64,000 nt of DNA from Acidobacteriaceae bacterium. GTDB lineage: Bacteria > Acidobacteriota > Terriglobia > Terriglobales > Acidobacteriaceae. Below the pieces are notes generated by a model. That model searched no databases. It was not told where the DNA came from and worked only from the letters and a program-made list of their open reading frames with translations. The stretch covers positions 15,575 to 79,574 of the forward strand of contig JBATVK010000153.1 of the NCBI GenBank assembly GCA_049671725.1. The letters are read 5' to 3'. Both the position numbers and the translations under genes were made by a program. This document shows, piece by piece, positions 25,926 through 37,353 of this stretch (within the stretch, counting starts at the first letter, position 1; the number at the start of each line of letters is the position of its first letter).

Positions 25926-26762
25926 CTAGAACAAAAGCCGGCCGGAAAAGATCAGTTCGTGGTTATAGCTGTGGAACTGGCTTGCGGCGATCTGTTCGCC
26001 CCCGCCCAGGCATAACCCCAGCCGGCCATGGTCGTCGCCGCCGCGCAGCGGAATCCGCCCCACAAGGATCCCTGGCGTCACAAACGCCTGGGTTTTCCCA
26101 TCGTTCGGGCCGCCGTGGTAGTAGGTGGCGTTGAACTCCGCTTCCGGCCAGAAGTAACGCGCGAAATGGAATTCCGCGGCGGTGTTCCAGACCACCGGCC
26201 TTCCCAGCTTCGTGGTGTCGCCGGTGGGCAGCGCAGCGCCCAGGGTGGTTTGCACGTTCAGGGGACCAATGCCCTTGCCGAAGCCCATTGCCGGCGCAAC
26301 GGTCGCGTCGCTACTGCCGTTTTTGTAGCTGCCAGTCGGAACCGTGGCCGTGACAAACGTGCTCACCACGTAATTTCCATGCTGCCCGTTGCCGCTGAGC
26401 AGCCGGTACTTTCCCTGGAACGACAGGTCGCCGGCACCGTCGATGCTCGATGGGCTGCTGTGCGTCACCAGCGGTGGCAGGTCGATGTCCACTTCGGTCC
26501 GCGCAAACGGGATCAGGTTCAATCCCTTGCTGCCATCGTAGTTCCATGTGGTGGCGTGCGTGGGGTTGATTTGCCGCGTGAAGTCGCCCCGATAGACCTG
26601 GATCAGGCCGACATACGTGGTGACCAGTGGCGGAGTCCACGCAGGCTGTTGCGCCTGCGTCGCCGAGGTGCGGGCTTCCCACTTCCCAAAGAAATTGTTC
26701 TGCGCCGATGCCCCGAGCGCGGCTGCGATCAGCACTAGTCCAACAGCGTAGCTTCTACCCAT
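25926..26762 (-). CDS. outer-membrane beta-barrel protein (MetA-pathway/'transporter'-type porin-like)
   Basis: Signal peptide MGRSYAVGLVLIAAALGASAQ. Alternating hydrophobic beta-strand patterning is visible, and the C-terminus ends in aromatic ...SGRLLF. Confidence 0.7.
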   Translation of the reverse strand: MGRSYAVGLVLIAAALGASAQNNFFGKWEARTSATQAQQPAWTPPLVTTYVGLIQVYRGDFTRQINPTHATTWNYDGSKGLNLIPFARTEVDIDLPPLVTHSSPSSIDGAGDLSFQGKYRLLSGNGQHGNYVVSTFVTATVPTGSYKNGSSDATVAPAMGFGKGIGPLNVQTTLGAALPTGDTTKLGRPVVWNTAAEFHFARYFWPEAEFNATYYHGGPNDGKTQAFVTPGILVGRIPLRGGDDHGRLGLCLGGGEQIAASQFHSYNHELIFSGRLLF

Positions 26763-26856
26763 AGTTTCAGCAAGGATGCCGGATTCACGGCTGTTGCACA
26801 ACCGGCATTTTTGAGGAGGTTCTTTCCCGTAACTGCGGGTCCGGCCTCAGGAATCG

Positions 26857-28578
26857 TCAGAAGCTGGCTCCGCCCGCGTTCGGCTCATTGCTCAGCACCT
26901 CTTTGCCTCCGCTGCGGCCGATCACGTACACCGCTCCGGGCAGCGTGGGAGCCGTCTCCGGCGTGGTCCACAGCCACACCCGCGCCGATCCGTTCCAGAG
27001 GTCCGCGAGTTCCGCCGGATCGATGAAGAGAGAAGCGTTGCCCGATTGGCCCGCGGTCTGCTCTGGCGGGGTAGGGTAGAGCAGCAGCGCCTGCCGCTCA
27101 AGATAGAACACGAACGATGACGCATTTTCGATCGATCCATTCACCACGACTTTGTCCGCAGGCTGCACTTCCGGCTTGATCGCCTCCGCCAGGATTTCCG
27201 ACGAAAGCGCCGGCGAGAAGGTGTTCAGCGCCAGGTGGGCGGCAATGAGGATCGCGACAATCATCCCCGCCAGGAAGCAGTTCGCCATCCGCGCGTTGTC
27301 TCGCAGCCGGTACCACAATCCCGCCGAAACGCCCACCAGCAGCGCAGCCAGAGCGATGGCCAGCGGCACCTTGAAGGCCCCCATCGCCCGATGCGACAGA
27401 TCGAGGAAGTATCCGAAGAAGACGGCGTGATGTCCGGTGTTTCTCAACAACGTGGTCACGTCGACCCCGGGTGCCGGCGTGGGCGAAGTGAAGAGGAAAT
27501 ACGCTACCAGTGCTGCCGCACCCATTCCGATGACAAACAGGATCCACGCCGCAATGCGTCCCTGGTGGTGCAACTGCTCTTCGTCCTCGGCCAGCCAGCC
27601 TCCGGCCAGAAGCGCCATCGGTGGAAGCGCGCTCACCAGATTGAACTCCAGCCGCGCGGCAAAGCTGAACCATACCAGAACTACCAGAATCCAGATGACG
27701 CACAGCGTGCGGGCATCCCGCCGCCGCCCCGGATCGGGAGACATCCCGATCCACAGCGCGCGGATCGAGAACGCGCACCATGGGATGATCCATAGCAGCA
27801 GCAGCGGCCAGAAAATCAGCAGCGGAACACGACCGCCGGTTAACTGCGGCATCAGGCTGGCCAGATGCGCGTGCCCTGAAAGAATGACCGCGGCGATGTG
27901 CAGCGGCAGCACCATGGCCAGAAACAGCAGGATGGCCGGGATCGGATGCCAGCACAGCAAATGGCTCGCTCGTCCTGTGGCCAGCAGGTACAGAACCATG
28001 ATCGCCACCGGGAAGACCAGCCCCGCGGCGCCTTCGGTCAGGACAGCCAGCGCGCAGCACGCCGCAAATCCCAGCGCGGTGCCCAGCCGATGTTTCTCCT
28101 GGCTCAGCGATCGCCAGAAGAAGTTGATGGCCAGCGTCGTCCACAGGCACAGAAAGACGTCGCGCTCCAGCAAATGCCCGAACAGAAAGACGCCGTAGGA
28201 GGTGATCAGGGCCAGCGCCGCGTAAAAGCCTGCCGCCGGAGAGCGAAAAATCCGCCGTCCCAGAGAAAACGTCGCGATAAACAGGCACAGTGTCGCCAGC
28301 GCCATCGGCAGCCGCGCCGCCCAGTCGCTCACGCCGAAGACGCGGAAGCTGGCGGCAACGGTCCAGTAGAGCAGCGGCGCTCGCTGCGGATAGAGCACCC
28401 CGTTTGCGTAGGGCGTGATCCAGTGCCTGCCGGTTAGCATCTCCCGCGCGATCTCCGCGCTCAGCGCGTCGGAGCCGTCAAGCAGCGGGGGCCTTACCAT
28501 CGAAAACGAGGCGTACAACAGCACCCACAGCCCAATCAGCGGAAACACGAACCGCTTGGCCGTGCGCAGGCTGGTCAT
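26857..28578 (-). CDS. GT-C fold membrane glycosyltransferase, family 39/83 (ArnT / PMT-like)
   Basis: 573 aa with more than 10 TM helices. The first loop has the typical ArnT/PMT pattern (PPLLDGSDALSAEIAREML...WITPY...PLLYW). Confidence 0.85.
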   Translation of the reverse strand: MTSLRTAKRFVFPLIGLWVLLYASFSMVRPPLLDGSDALSAEIAREMLTGRHWITPYANGVLYPQRAPLLYWTVAASFRVFGVSDWAARLPMALATLCLFIATFSLGRRIFRSPAAGFYAALALITSYGVFLFGHLLERDVFLCLWTTLAINFFWRSLSQEKHRLGTALGFAACCALAVLTEGAAGLVFPVAIMVLYLLATGRASHLLCWHPIPAILLFLAMVLPLHIAAVILSGHAHLASLMPQLTGGRVPLLIFWPLLLLWIIPWCAFSIRALWIGMSPDPGRRRDARTLCVIWILVVLVWFSFAARLEFNLVSALPPMALLAGGWLAEDEEQLHHQGRIAAWILFVIGMGAAALVAYFLFTSPTPAPGVDVTTLLRNTGHHAVFFGYFLDLSHRAMGAFKVPLAIALAALLVGVSAGLWYRLRDNARMANCFLAGMIVAILIAAHLALNTFSPALSSEILAEAIKPEVQPADKVVVNGSIENASSFVFYLERQALLLYPTPPEQTAGQSGNASLFIDPAELADLWNGSARVWLWTTPETAPTLPGAVYVIGRSGGKEVLSNEPNAGGASF

Positions 28579-28732
28579 GGGTACCGATTATAGAGAAGCG
28601 CCTTGCTGCCGTGCGTTGCGCCGATCCACGTCAGCGCGTCCCGAGTCAGCCATCCGCAAAAGTCAGCGGACCGGGGACCCTCCGCCGCTCATCCTTTCTG
28701 TGCCTCTTCGATACACTGCAGACAGCCTTCCG

Positions 28733-29908
28733 ATGTCCTCTACCCGACCGCACCATCGCCTGCGCAAATTCCGGTTCGAGCGTCCGCAACAGTTTGCCGC
28801 AGTGCTGCTCCTTCTGCTGCTCGGACAGTGCCTCTGGGTAAGCTCTCGGCAATACCTCTCTGAAACCGACTACCAGTACGCCCGCTGCGGCCGCGAAATG
28901 TGGGAGCACCCCGAGGCCCTCCCCGGCTACTTCACGACCTGCGGCAACATTCACGACGGCACTCTGGCCTATCGCGCCGCGGGACTGCCGCTGACTCTCG
29001 AGCGCATCCTCGCCGGCCAGGCCTCCACGACCTCCACCTGGGAGATGCGCCACGAAGTCGGCGCCATCAACTTCTTCCTGCGCCTGCCTTTCATTCTTGC
29101 CGGCCTGATGCTGGGCGCTTGTCTTTGGTGGGTTACGCGCCGCCTCTTCGGTAACGCCGGTGGCTACATTTCCCTCGCACTCTACTGCTTCATGCCCGCG
29201 GTGGTGCGCGCCTCCACGGTACCGAACAATGAATTCCTCGCCGCCCTCGGATTCTTCGCCACTGTCTACACCGCCATCGGAGTCGCCCACGCTCTGGAGG
29301 GCCCGCGCCGCAAGTGGCGCCCGCGCATCCTGCTGCTCACCCTGGCTCTGGGCTTCACCGCGGCCGCGCATATTGCGGCCTTTATCCTGGCGCTCCTCTT
29401 CACCCTGATTTTCATGGCTTACGTGGCCGAGGGCCGCCGCGCATACATTCCTACGCTTCTCATCGTCTGGGTGCTGGGCGCATTTTTTCTGCTCTTCGCC
29501 TCCTACGCGTTTTCACCGGATGCTTTCAGCTATGTCTTCCGCAGCGCCGCCGGCCGCTTGTGGGTCTCCCTCGACGGAGCCCGCTGGTTCTTCGCCGATC
29601 CCGCCAACTCCGCGTTCACCATCGCCCTCGGCGGCTCGCTCGCCCTGTACGCGGCCTCGCGCCGCTCCCGCTACTTCGGCAACACCGCGCCCCTGCTGGT
29701 GGGCGTGCCGCTGCTCCTGCTCGTCACCACCGGCGTGCACTCGGAGCCGTGGCTCTGGGCGCTGCCGTTTCTCATCACCTTTGTGGCCGGCGTCTTCGCC
29801 GATGCGCTGGAGTCGCGCTGGCGCAGAGTCTTTCTCTGGGCGACTGGGATCGTGCTCTTTGCCCAGGCTGCGCTCTGCCTGGCCAGCCTGTCGGGGATGG
29901 CTGGCTAG
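28733..29908 (+). CDS. polytopic membrane protein, probably a second shorter GT-C/PMT_2-like glycosyltransferase
   Basis: 391 aa from the ATG at 28733. It has about 9 TM helices and an acidic first-loop segment (SETDYQYARCGREMWEHP). It is divergent from the GT39 gene. The family call is tentative. Confidence 0.6.
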   Translation: MSSTRPHHRLRKFRFERPQQFAAVLLLLLLGQCLWVSSRQYLSETDYQYARCGREMWEHPEALPGYFTTCGNIHDGTLAYRAAGLPLTLERILAGQASTTSTWEMRHEVGAINFFLRLPFILAGLMLGACLWWVTRRLFGNAGGYISLALYCFMPAVVRASTVPNNEFLAALGFFATVYTAIGVAHALEGPRRKWRPRILLLTLALGFTAAAHIAAFILALLFTLIFMAYVAEGRRAYIPTLLIVWVLGAFFLLFASYAFSPDAFSYVFRSAAGRLWVSLDGARWFFADPANSAFTIALGGSLALYAASRRSRYFGNTAPLLVGVPLLLLVTTGVHSEPWLWALPFLITFVAGVFADALESRWRRVFLWATGIVLFAQAALCLASLSGMAG

Positions 29909-29914
29909 TCCCAA

Positions 29915-32137
29915 TCAGAATCTGTAGCGAATTCCACCGTCCGGATAGATGGATAGCCCGTCAATCTCAGTCAGACAATTCTGCGGATTGCCGTCGCAGC
30001 CCCGGTAGGCATCGATTCGAGGCATCCAGTAGTAGCCGAGGAAGTTCTTGTGGTCGGTGGCGTTGTCCAGCCCGACATACGCCACGAGCCGGCGATGGCC
30101 CACGGTAAAGGACCGATCGGCTTCCAGGTCCAGCCGGGCGTAAACCGGTCCCCTCAGGGCGTTGATCCTCGACACGTCATAGATCGGGCGATTCTGCTCC
30201 ATGCTTTGCTGGAGCAGGTACGGGGTATAAGGCCTGCCGCTGGTGTACGTGTAGCGCCAGCTGAACTCGTAGCGTTTAGGGGTGCGGTAAGTCCCCGCTG
30301 TGTTGCCGATGAAGGGATAGTCGTAATTGCCGGCGCGCAGGACACCATCCGTGCCCGCGTACTCGCTGCGGGACCAGCCAAGATTCAGCAGGGCAGTGAA
30401 GCGTGTGCCGATGTGCCCGGATGTCGACAACTCGACGCCTCGCGCGAGGCCGGCCCCGCGGCTCACCAGCGGAAGCCAGAGAATCTGCTGTCCGAGATCG
30501 TCCACCATGTTCGCCAGCGACAGCGTCGGGAACTGGCTCGACACCGGGTAATCGCGGTAATTCTTCTGGTAAACCTCAACGCCGAAGCGCAGCGAGGGGC
30601 TCATGAACAGGTCGGCGCCGGCCACGACGTGGCGCGCTCGAATGGGAAGCAAATCGTGGTTCCGGGGCCAGGATGTCACGTCGGCAGTCGGCGGCATCTG
30701 CGCATACTCTCCGAAGGCTGCGTGCAACCCGGTATGCTCGGACAGGCGCACGGCCGTGTTGAGGCGGGGAGTCACAGTCCAGTGGCCGCCGAGGGCAAAC
30801 GTCTGCAGGCATCCTCCTCCGCTCAGACTCCACCGGGAGAACGGCAGATACGTCAGCTCGGCGTAGGAACCGGTTTCGCCGCTGAGAAAATCGGGGTAAA
30901 ACGACGTCGCGTCCGTGGCCGCTGGATTGAGACTTAACGGCGACTGTTCTCCCACCGGCTGAGCAATTTGGTAGTTGACATGATTGAGATACGCAGCCGT
31001 CCCGGCGATCAGAGACCACTTGCCGCCCGCGTCCGCAACATAGTCGAACTTCGCTGCGCTTCGTCCGTCGCGGCTCACCTGCGAATAGACCGGAACCGCT
31101 GGAAGTTGCTGCGCGGCCGTGCTGGTGATCTTCACGATCTCGAATAACGTGTCTTCCTGGTTGATATTCTCCTGGTCCTCGGAATCGCTGAAGGTCACGG
31201 TTCCGAAGCTGGCGGAAGAGTACGTGTGACGCCAGCGAAGGCCATTGGTCGTTCTCCATCCTGTGTATTGCATGTCGATCTGGTTCGGGTTGATACTGTC
31301 ATGACCGGATCCGCCGGGTTGCATATTGATTGTGTCAAACCCGCTCAGACTCAGAAAATCGAGTTGATCAGCCGGACTTGTGACAACGTGGCCAGCCCAA
31401 AGCATGTTGTTGTAAATCGGGGTCCCACCCAGTCCGACATTGCTGTCAACAACATTCAGGAAGCTCTGGTGAGCCGAACCCAGAATAGACCCGTCGTGTC
31501 CGACCGGGACGAGCAGGAGGCCGCCCGCTCCGATATAGCCGATCTCTTCCTCACCGTGGCGTTCATGGTCAGCCGCCGAGCGCGTGTGAACGTCGAGCAC
31601 TGAAGACAGGCGCTCATCGAAGCTTGCGTCGTAGCCACCGGTGTAAAGGTCGAGTCCCTGGATGGCTGCCGTGTCGATCATGGTGGAGATCCCGCCTGTG
31701 GTTCCCATGATCGAGATCTGATTGATGTTGGGGACCTCGAAGCCGTCCACCAGGTAAAGATTCTCGATGGGATTGCCGCCGCGAACGATCAGGTCGTCGC
31801 TGTAGTCTCCATTGCCCACCACGCCGGGAAATACCTGAACGTATCGGGAAAAGTCGCCGTACGTGCCCGCCGAAGGGAGAATGTCCTCCGCGATCGCGTG
31901 AAAAGGATGGGGAGAGGGATGCTCGGCCGGTGTCAGATCTGCGCTCGCGTCCACGCGAACATACGTATGGACCACTGGCAGTGTCGGCCAGGATGCACCA
32001 CTGGGCGGAGATTCAGAAAGGACACCCTGAACACGCGCGGCCTCGATGGGTGGTAGAGGCTGTGTCGATTGGGCGAACGAATCAGTTACAACCAAGGAGA
32101 AGACGATGGGCAGAGCAAACGAAACAAAAATGGACAT
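29915..32137 (-). CDS. TonB-dependent receptor-like outer-membrane protein
   Basis: Signal peptide MSIFVSFALPIVFSLVVTDSFAQ. Plug-like motif DLIVRGGNPIENLYLVDGFEVPN. A long beta-rich body ends in ...GGIRYRF. Confidence 0.8.
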   Translation of the reverse strand: MSIFVSFALPIVFSLVVTDSFAQSTQPLPPIEAARVQGVLSESPPSGASWPTLPVVHTYVRVDASADLTPAEHPSPHPFHAIAEDILPSAGTYGDFSRYVQVFPGVVGNGDYSDDLIVRGGNPIENLYLVDGFEVPNINQISIMGTTGGISTMIDTAAIQGLDLYTGGYDASFDERLSSVLDVHTRSAADHERHGEEEIGYIGAGGLLLVPVGHDGSILGSAHQSFLNVVDSNVGLGGTPIYNNMLWAGHVVTSPADQLDFLSLSGFDTINMQPGGSGHDSINPNQIDMQYTGWRTTNGLRWRHTYSSASFGTVTFSDSEDQENINQEDTLFEIVKITSTAAQQLPAVPVYSQVSRDGRSAAKFDYVADAGGKWSLIAGTAAYLNHVNYQIAQPVGEQSPLSLNPAATDATSFYPDFLSGETGSYAELTYLPFSRWSLSGGGCLQTFALGGHWTVTPRLNTAVRLSEHTGLHAAFGEYAQMPPTADVTSWPRNHDLLPIRARHVVAGADLFMSPSLRFGVEVYQKNYRDYPVSSQFPTLSLANMVDDLGQQILWLPLVSRGAGLARGVELSTSGHIGTRFTALLNLGWSRSEYAGTDGVLRAGNYDYPFIGNTAGTYRTPKRYEFSWRYTYTSGRPYTPYLLQQSMEQNRPIYDVSRINALRGPVYARLDLEADRSFTVGHRRLVAYVGLDNATDHKNFLGYYWMPRIDAYRGCDGNPQNCLTEIDGLSIYPDGGIRYRF

Positions 32138-32391
32138 CCAGAGGTCCCACCTTCAGGAGTGAAATCGAGGCGGAACCGTGGAATTACCGTGCATCCCCGT
32201 TCCCGCACCATTGACGAAACGGTGAACGAAGCCCCGCTGAGAGACATCTTGTGCTCAGCCAGCAAAAAGCAAAGTGATAACTAGTGGGGAAACAGTAATT
32301 TGAAGCTAACGGTAACGTGACCTTGGTTTGACGTTCTCAGGGAGTGGTAGCGGAGCTACGCCAGAGGTAACGGGACTTCGAATCGCTGGAC

Positions 32392-33465
<1,074 letters not shown>

Positions 33466-33554
33466 TTAGTTTAACGAAAGGACTACGCTCGACTCACCTT
33501 TCCAGGATCAGGCTCCGGACTGGCGCCGCTCCCAGTCTGTTCGACGAGGCAATT

Positions 33555-36500
33555 GTGCGGTTTTCCGGGCTCCCGATTGCGATTGTGCTGACGCTTCTCT
33601 CCGCGTCCGCCGCGAGCCTTCCGGGGCAGTCCGACACCGGCGGCATGGTTTCCGGCCGCGTCCTCTCGCCCGTCGGACACGCCGTCGCCGGCGCATGGGT
33701 CCGGATTGAAAACACGGTCACCGGCGAGCACAGCGACGCGACGTCGGACAACGCCGGAAATTTTCGCTTCGCCGAAGTTCTGCCCGGGGCTTACTGCGTC
33801 GAGGTGCGTACGCCAGGCTTGTCCGGCTGGGAAGCTGACGATCTCACCGTCGGCCTGGGCGCCGAGTTGAGGCTCACCGTCCAGCTCTCCTCGCTGTCTC
33901 TGCACCGCACCGTGCTCGTGGACGCGCGCCGGATCGCTGCCGCCGCGGACCCGGACGATCAGGATGCCGCCGTCGGCCAGGCCGCGCTCGACGATCTGCC
34001 GAACAACGGTCAGCACTGGTCCGCACTCGCCGCGCTTTTCACGGCTGCCAGCCCCGATTCGAGCGGCGATCTGAGCTTTCGCGGCCTCAGCCCTCTGCTC
34101 AACAGCGTCGCGCTCGATGGAACCGACAACAATCTCGCCTTTCGTTCGCGCGAGCGCGGCAGCGACGCAAGCGGGTTTGCCTCCGGACAATCCTCCATCG
34201 GCGGCTTCGAGACCGCTGCCGGCAGGTCTTCCGCGGAATACGGCCGCGCGCCCGGCGGCGTCATCAACTCCGTCACCAAAGGCGGATCGAACCACATGCA
34301 CGGCCACGCCGTCTTCTACGACCGTGGAGCCATCGGGCAAACCGCGAATGCCTGGAGCAAAGTGATGCAGCCCGAACCCGCGGGAAGCACTGCGACCGCG
34401 ACCGGCCTGCCCGTGCTCTACCTCAACGGCCAGCCCATCACCTATGTCGATGTCCCCGTTCACTCTCCTGACCGCCGCCAGCAATGGGAGGTTTCCGCCG
34501 GTGGACCGATTCGCCGCGACCGCGCCTTCTGGTTCTTCGCCTGGGAGCAGCACGATCGCAACGATCCCGCCATCGCTCGCGCCAGCGAGCCTCAGGTCTT
34601 CTTCTTTCCGCCTTCTGCCGCTGCGCTCGCCACACTGGAGGCACGTCTTGCGCACGCCAGCAGCTCCAACCCCATCATGAACAACTGCCCCGCGGCGACC
34701 GCGTCTGACGGATCCGTGGCCGCCGCCGCATGCGCGTATTCCGCTGCGCTCAACCAGCTCGGCGGCATGCTCGGCAGCGTCTCCCGTTCTACGCGCCAGA
34801 CAGTTCTCTTCCCAAAAATCAGCTGGCGCTTCAACGATCGCAATCAGTTCGTCCTTGAACTCAATTCCATGCGCCGCACCGCTCCCCACGGGGCGCTCAC
34901 CGGCGCGTCGGAAATGGACTCGATCGGCAGCTTCGGCAACAGTTCCACCAGCGACGACGCGGCCGTCGCCCGCTGGGATTTCTTCGCTTCGCCGCAGCTG
35001 CTCAACAGCCTGCGCTTTGAGTACAGCCGCGACCTGCTGGCCCAGACTCCCGGCGCGCCAACAGCTTTCGAACAGCAGTTCGCGAAAAACGCGTACGGCC
35101 TGGCGCCGCAGGTCTCCATCGACCGCAGTTCCGGTTTCACCTTCGGAACCCTCGCCGCCATCAACAAACCCGAATATCCCCTGGAGACGCGCCAGCAGTT
35201 CATGGACGCGGCCGCATGGATTCACCGCCGCACCGCCATCCGTTTCGGCTATGACTACAATCACGTCACCGACGCCATCGACGGCATGAACGGGGAGAAT
35301 GGCGAATATTCGTACGCGACTGTGCTGGACTTCGTCTCTGACCTCCTCGCTCCGGACAGTTGCGACGCCTCGGCGACCACTGCGGGGTCGTATCCCTGTT
35401 ATTCGCGCTTCCGCCAGACCCTGGGCCCATCGAAGTGGTCGTTCAACACTGCCGATTACGCTGCTTACGCCGCCGGTGAATGGAAGCCCGATCGCCGGCT
35501 CGTGCTCACTCTCGGCGTCCGCTATGAATATGAGCGTTTGCCGGATACAAATTCCGCTCTCGTGAATCCCGCCATTCCCGAGACCGCAAAACTGCCGCAG
35601 AACCGCGACGATTTCGGCCCGCGCGCCGGCTTTTCCTGGGACATCTTCGGCCGCGGCAATACCATCCTCCGTGGCGGCTACGGAATCTACTACGGCCGCG
35701 TGCCCAACGCGACCGTCTTCAGCGCCCTCACAGCAACCGGCTCCGCACGTTCGCCACGCACTTACTCCTGGCGCTCCACAGACGTCGGCGCGCCGCCGTT
35801 CCCCTATGTTTTTTCGAGCGGAGAAACGCCGTATACCGCTCCAGCCGCGCCGAACCAGACCTCCACCGCGCCCGAAGCCACATATTTCGACCGCCGCTTC
35901 CGCCACCCCCAGATCGATGAGGCCGATCTTGAACTCGCGCAGTCTCTCGGCAGCCGTATGGTGCTCACCGTCGCCGGTATGGCCACGAACGGCCACCATC
36001 TAACCCAGTTTGTCGATGCCAACATCGACCTCAGCGATGTAGCCAGCATCTTCTACACCGTCAAAGGCCCTGACAACCTCAGCGATGCCGGACCGCTGGG
36101 CAACGCCGTTGGCGCCTCATCGGGCGCGTCGTATCCCATCTACGCTCTCCGCCAGAACTTCTACTACCAGCGGCCCAATCCGGCGTATGGCTCCATCACC
36201 GACATCCTGAGCGAGACGAACTCCAGTTATCGCGGAGCCATGGTGCGCCTCGTTCGCCGCCTCTCGCCCAGTTTCAGTATCAATGCCGGTTACACATGGT
36301 CGCACGCCATCGACGATAACCAGAATGAAGCCACCTTTGCCGAGCCCGACGACGTCTACGATCCAGCCGACACGCGCCTCGAGCACGGTACGTCCAATTT
36401 CGATGTGCGCCAGCGCGTCGCGGGCGCCATTGTGGCTCGCGAAATCTGGCGTCCCCACGGAGCAGCCGGCGCTTTCCTCGGCGGCTACACGCTCGCCGCC

Positions 36501-37109
36501 ACCGGAGACTGGCGCACCGGCCTGCCTTTCTCCATGCGTACCGCCGGATCCATCCCTTCGCCGTCCTGCTCGTATCAGGATTGGCTCAGCGCTGGCGGCG
36601 CCACCGGTAACGGCGCGGACTGTCTCAAAATAGTGCAGCAGCCCAATGCCACGTTTGACGCCGGCGCCGTCGCGGTTCCCGTCGCTGCCCTCGGAGCCAG
36701 CCTCAACGGTTCCGGCGGCGAGGATATGATTCTCCCCATCGGCCGGAACACCTTCCGCTATCCCGCCACAGCGAACCTCGACCTGCGCCTCGCGAAACGC
36801 ATACGCCTCGGCGATCACAACGCTGTCGAGTTGCTCGGAGAAGCCTTCAATGCCCTCAACCACCAGAACCTCACCGCCGTGCAAACCGTGGGCTATCGGC
36901 TCACCAACGACACCCAGCACGCCAACATGGCGAATCTCATCTGGCAGAGCGGGATGAAACCGGGCAGTACGGTTCAGTTGGTCAATGGCACCTCGATGTC
37001 CATCCCCGTCTTCGATGCCACGGCCGCCTTCGGCGGTCCGACCAACGCCAACAGCAGCGCCCTCAGCCGCCAACGGCAGCTGCAGGCCGGAATCAGGCTC
37101 GATTTCTAG
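33555..37109 (+). CDS. giant TonB-dependent receptor with an N-terminal carboxypeptidase-regulatory-like domain
   Basis: 1184 aa, with a GTG start after a GAGG SD and a signal peptide. The CarboxypepD_reg-like segment is GMVSGRVLSPVGHAVAGAWVRIENTVTGEHSDATSDNAGNFRF. The barrel ends in ...GIRLDF. Confidence 0.85.
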   Translation: MRFSGLPIAIVLTLLSASAASLPGQSDTGGMVSGRVLSPVGHAVAGAWVRIENTVTGEHSDATSDNAGNFRFAEVLPGAYCVEVRTPGLSGWEADDLTVGLGAELRLTVQLSSLSLHRTVLVDARRIAAAADPDDQDAAVGQAALDDLPNNGQHWSALAALFTAASPDSSGDLSFRGLSPLLNSVALDGTDNNLAFRSRERGSDASGFASGQSSIGGFETAAGRSSAEYGRAPGGVINSVTKGGSNHMHGHAVFYDRGAIGQTANAWSKVMQPEPAGSTATATGLPVLYLNGQPITYVDVPVHSPDRRQQWEVSAGGPIRRDRAFWFFAWEQHDRNDPAIARASEPQVFFFPPSAAALATLEARLAHASSSNPIMNNCPAATASDGSVAAAACAYSAALNQLGGMLGSVSRSTRQTVLFPKISWRFNDRNQFVLELNSMRRTAPHGALTGASEMDSIGSFGNSSTSDDAAVARWDFFASPQLLNSLRFEYSRDLLAQTPGAPTAFEQQFAKNAYGLAPQVSIDRSSGFTFGTLAAINKPEYPLETRQQFMDAAAWIHRRTAIRFGYDYNHVTDAIDGMNGENGEYSYATVLDFVSDLLAPDSCDASATTAGSYPCYSRFRQTLGPSKWSFNTADYAAYAAGEWKPDRRLVLTLGVRYEYERLPDTNSALVNPAIPETAKLPQNRDDFGPRAGFSWDIFGRGNTILRGGYGIYYGRVPNATVFSALTATGSARSPRTYSWRSTDVGAPPFPYVFSSGETPYTAPAAPNQTSTAPEATYFDRRFRHPQIDEADLELAQSLGSRMVLTVAGMATNGHHLTQFVDANIDLSDVASIFYTVKGPDNLSDAGPLGNAVGASSGASYPIYALRQNFYYQRPNPAYGSITDILSETNSSYRGAMVRLVRRLSPSFSINAGYTWSHAIDDNQNEATFAEPDDVYDPADTRLEHGTSNFDVRQRVAGAIVAREIWRPHGAAGAFLGGYTLAATGDWRTGLPFSMRTAGSIPSPSCSYQDWLSAGGATGNGADCLKIVQQPNATFDAGAVAVPVAALGASLNGSGGEDMILPIGRNTFRYPATANLDLRLAKRIRLGDHNAVELLGEAFNALNHQNLTAVQTVGYRLTNDTQHANMANLIWQSGMKPGSTVQLVNGTSMSIPVFDATAAFGGPTNANSSALSRQRQLQAGIRLDF

Positions 37110-37155
37110 CGCCGCTCCCTCCTGCATCGCTGTCCCCCTCCGCGATGGAGTTTTG

Positions 37156-37175
37156 CACCCGGTTTTCCACGGGTG
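37156..37175 (+). terminator. weak hairpin after the first giant receptor gene (possible terminator)
   Basis: CACCCG-GTTTTCCA-CGGGTG forms a 6-bp stem, 47 nt after the stop. The downstream tract is only moderately T-rich. Confidence 0.3.
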
Positions 37176-37353
37176 GTGTTACAAATTTCAACCCTCTCGG
37201 CCGCGCAAACCGTGCTGTAATTAACCTCAAATTCATTCAACGGTGAAACTCTGAAGCGGTAAACCGGACAATCTGCCTTCACCGGAGACACCAGAGAGCC
37301 TTTACCGGCGCTCTGAACAGCAATACGAATCACCATTTTTGAGGCCACAGCGA

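Noticed and set aside
33483-35999. 838-aa ORF on the minus strand, one of the longest in the track
   Set aside because: It lies entirely antisense to the 1184-aa TonB-dependent receptor gene. Its translation is Arg/Gly/Ala-rich low-complexity sequence with no motifs, SD or signal. It is a classic shadow ORF of high-GC DNA, where stop codons are rare in antisense frames.
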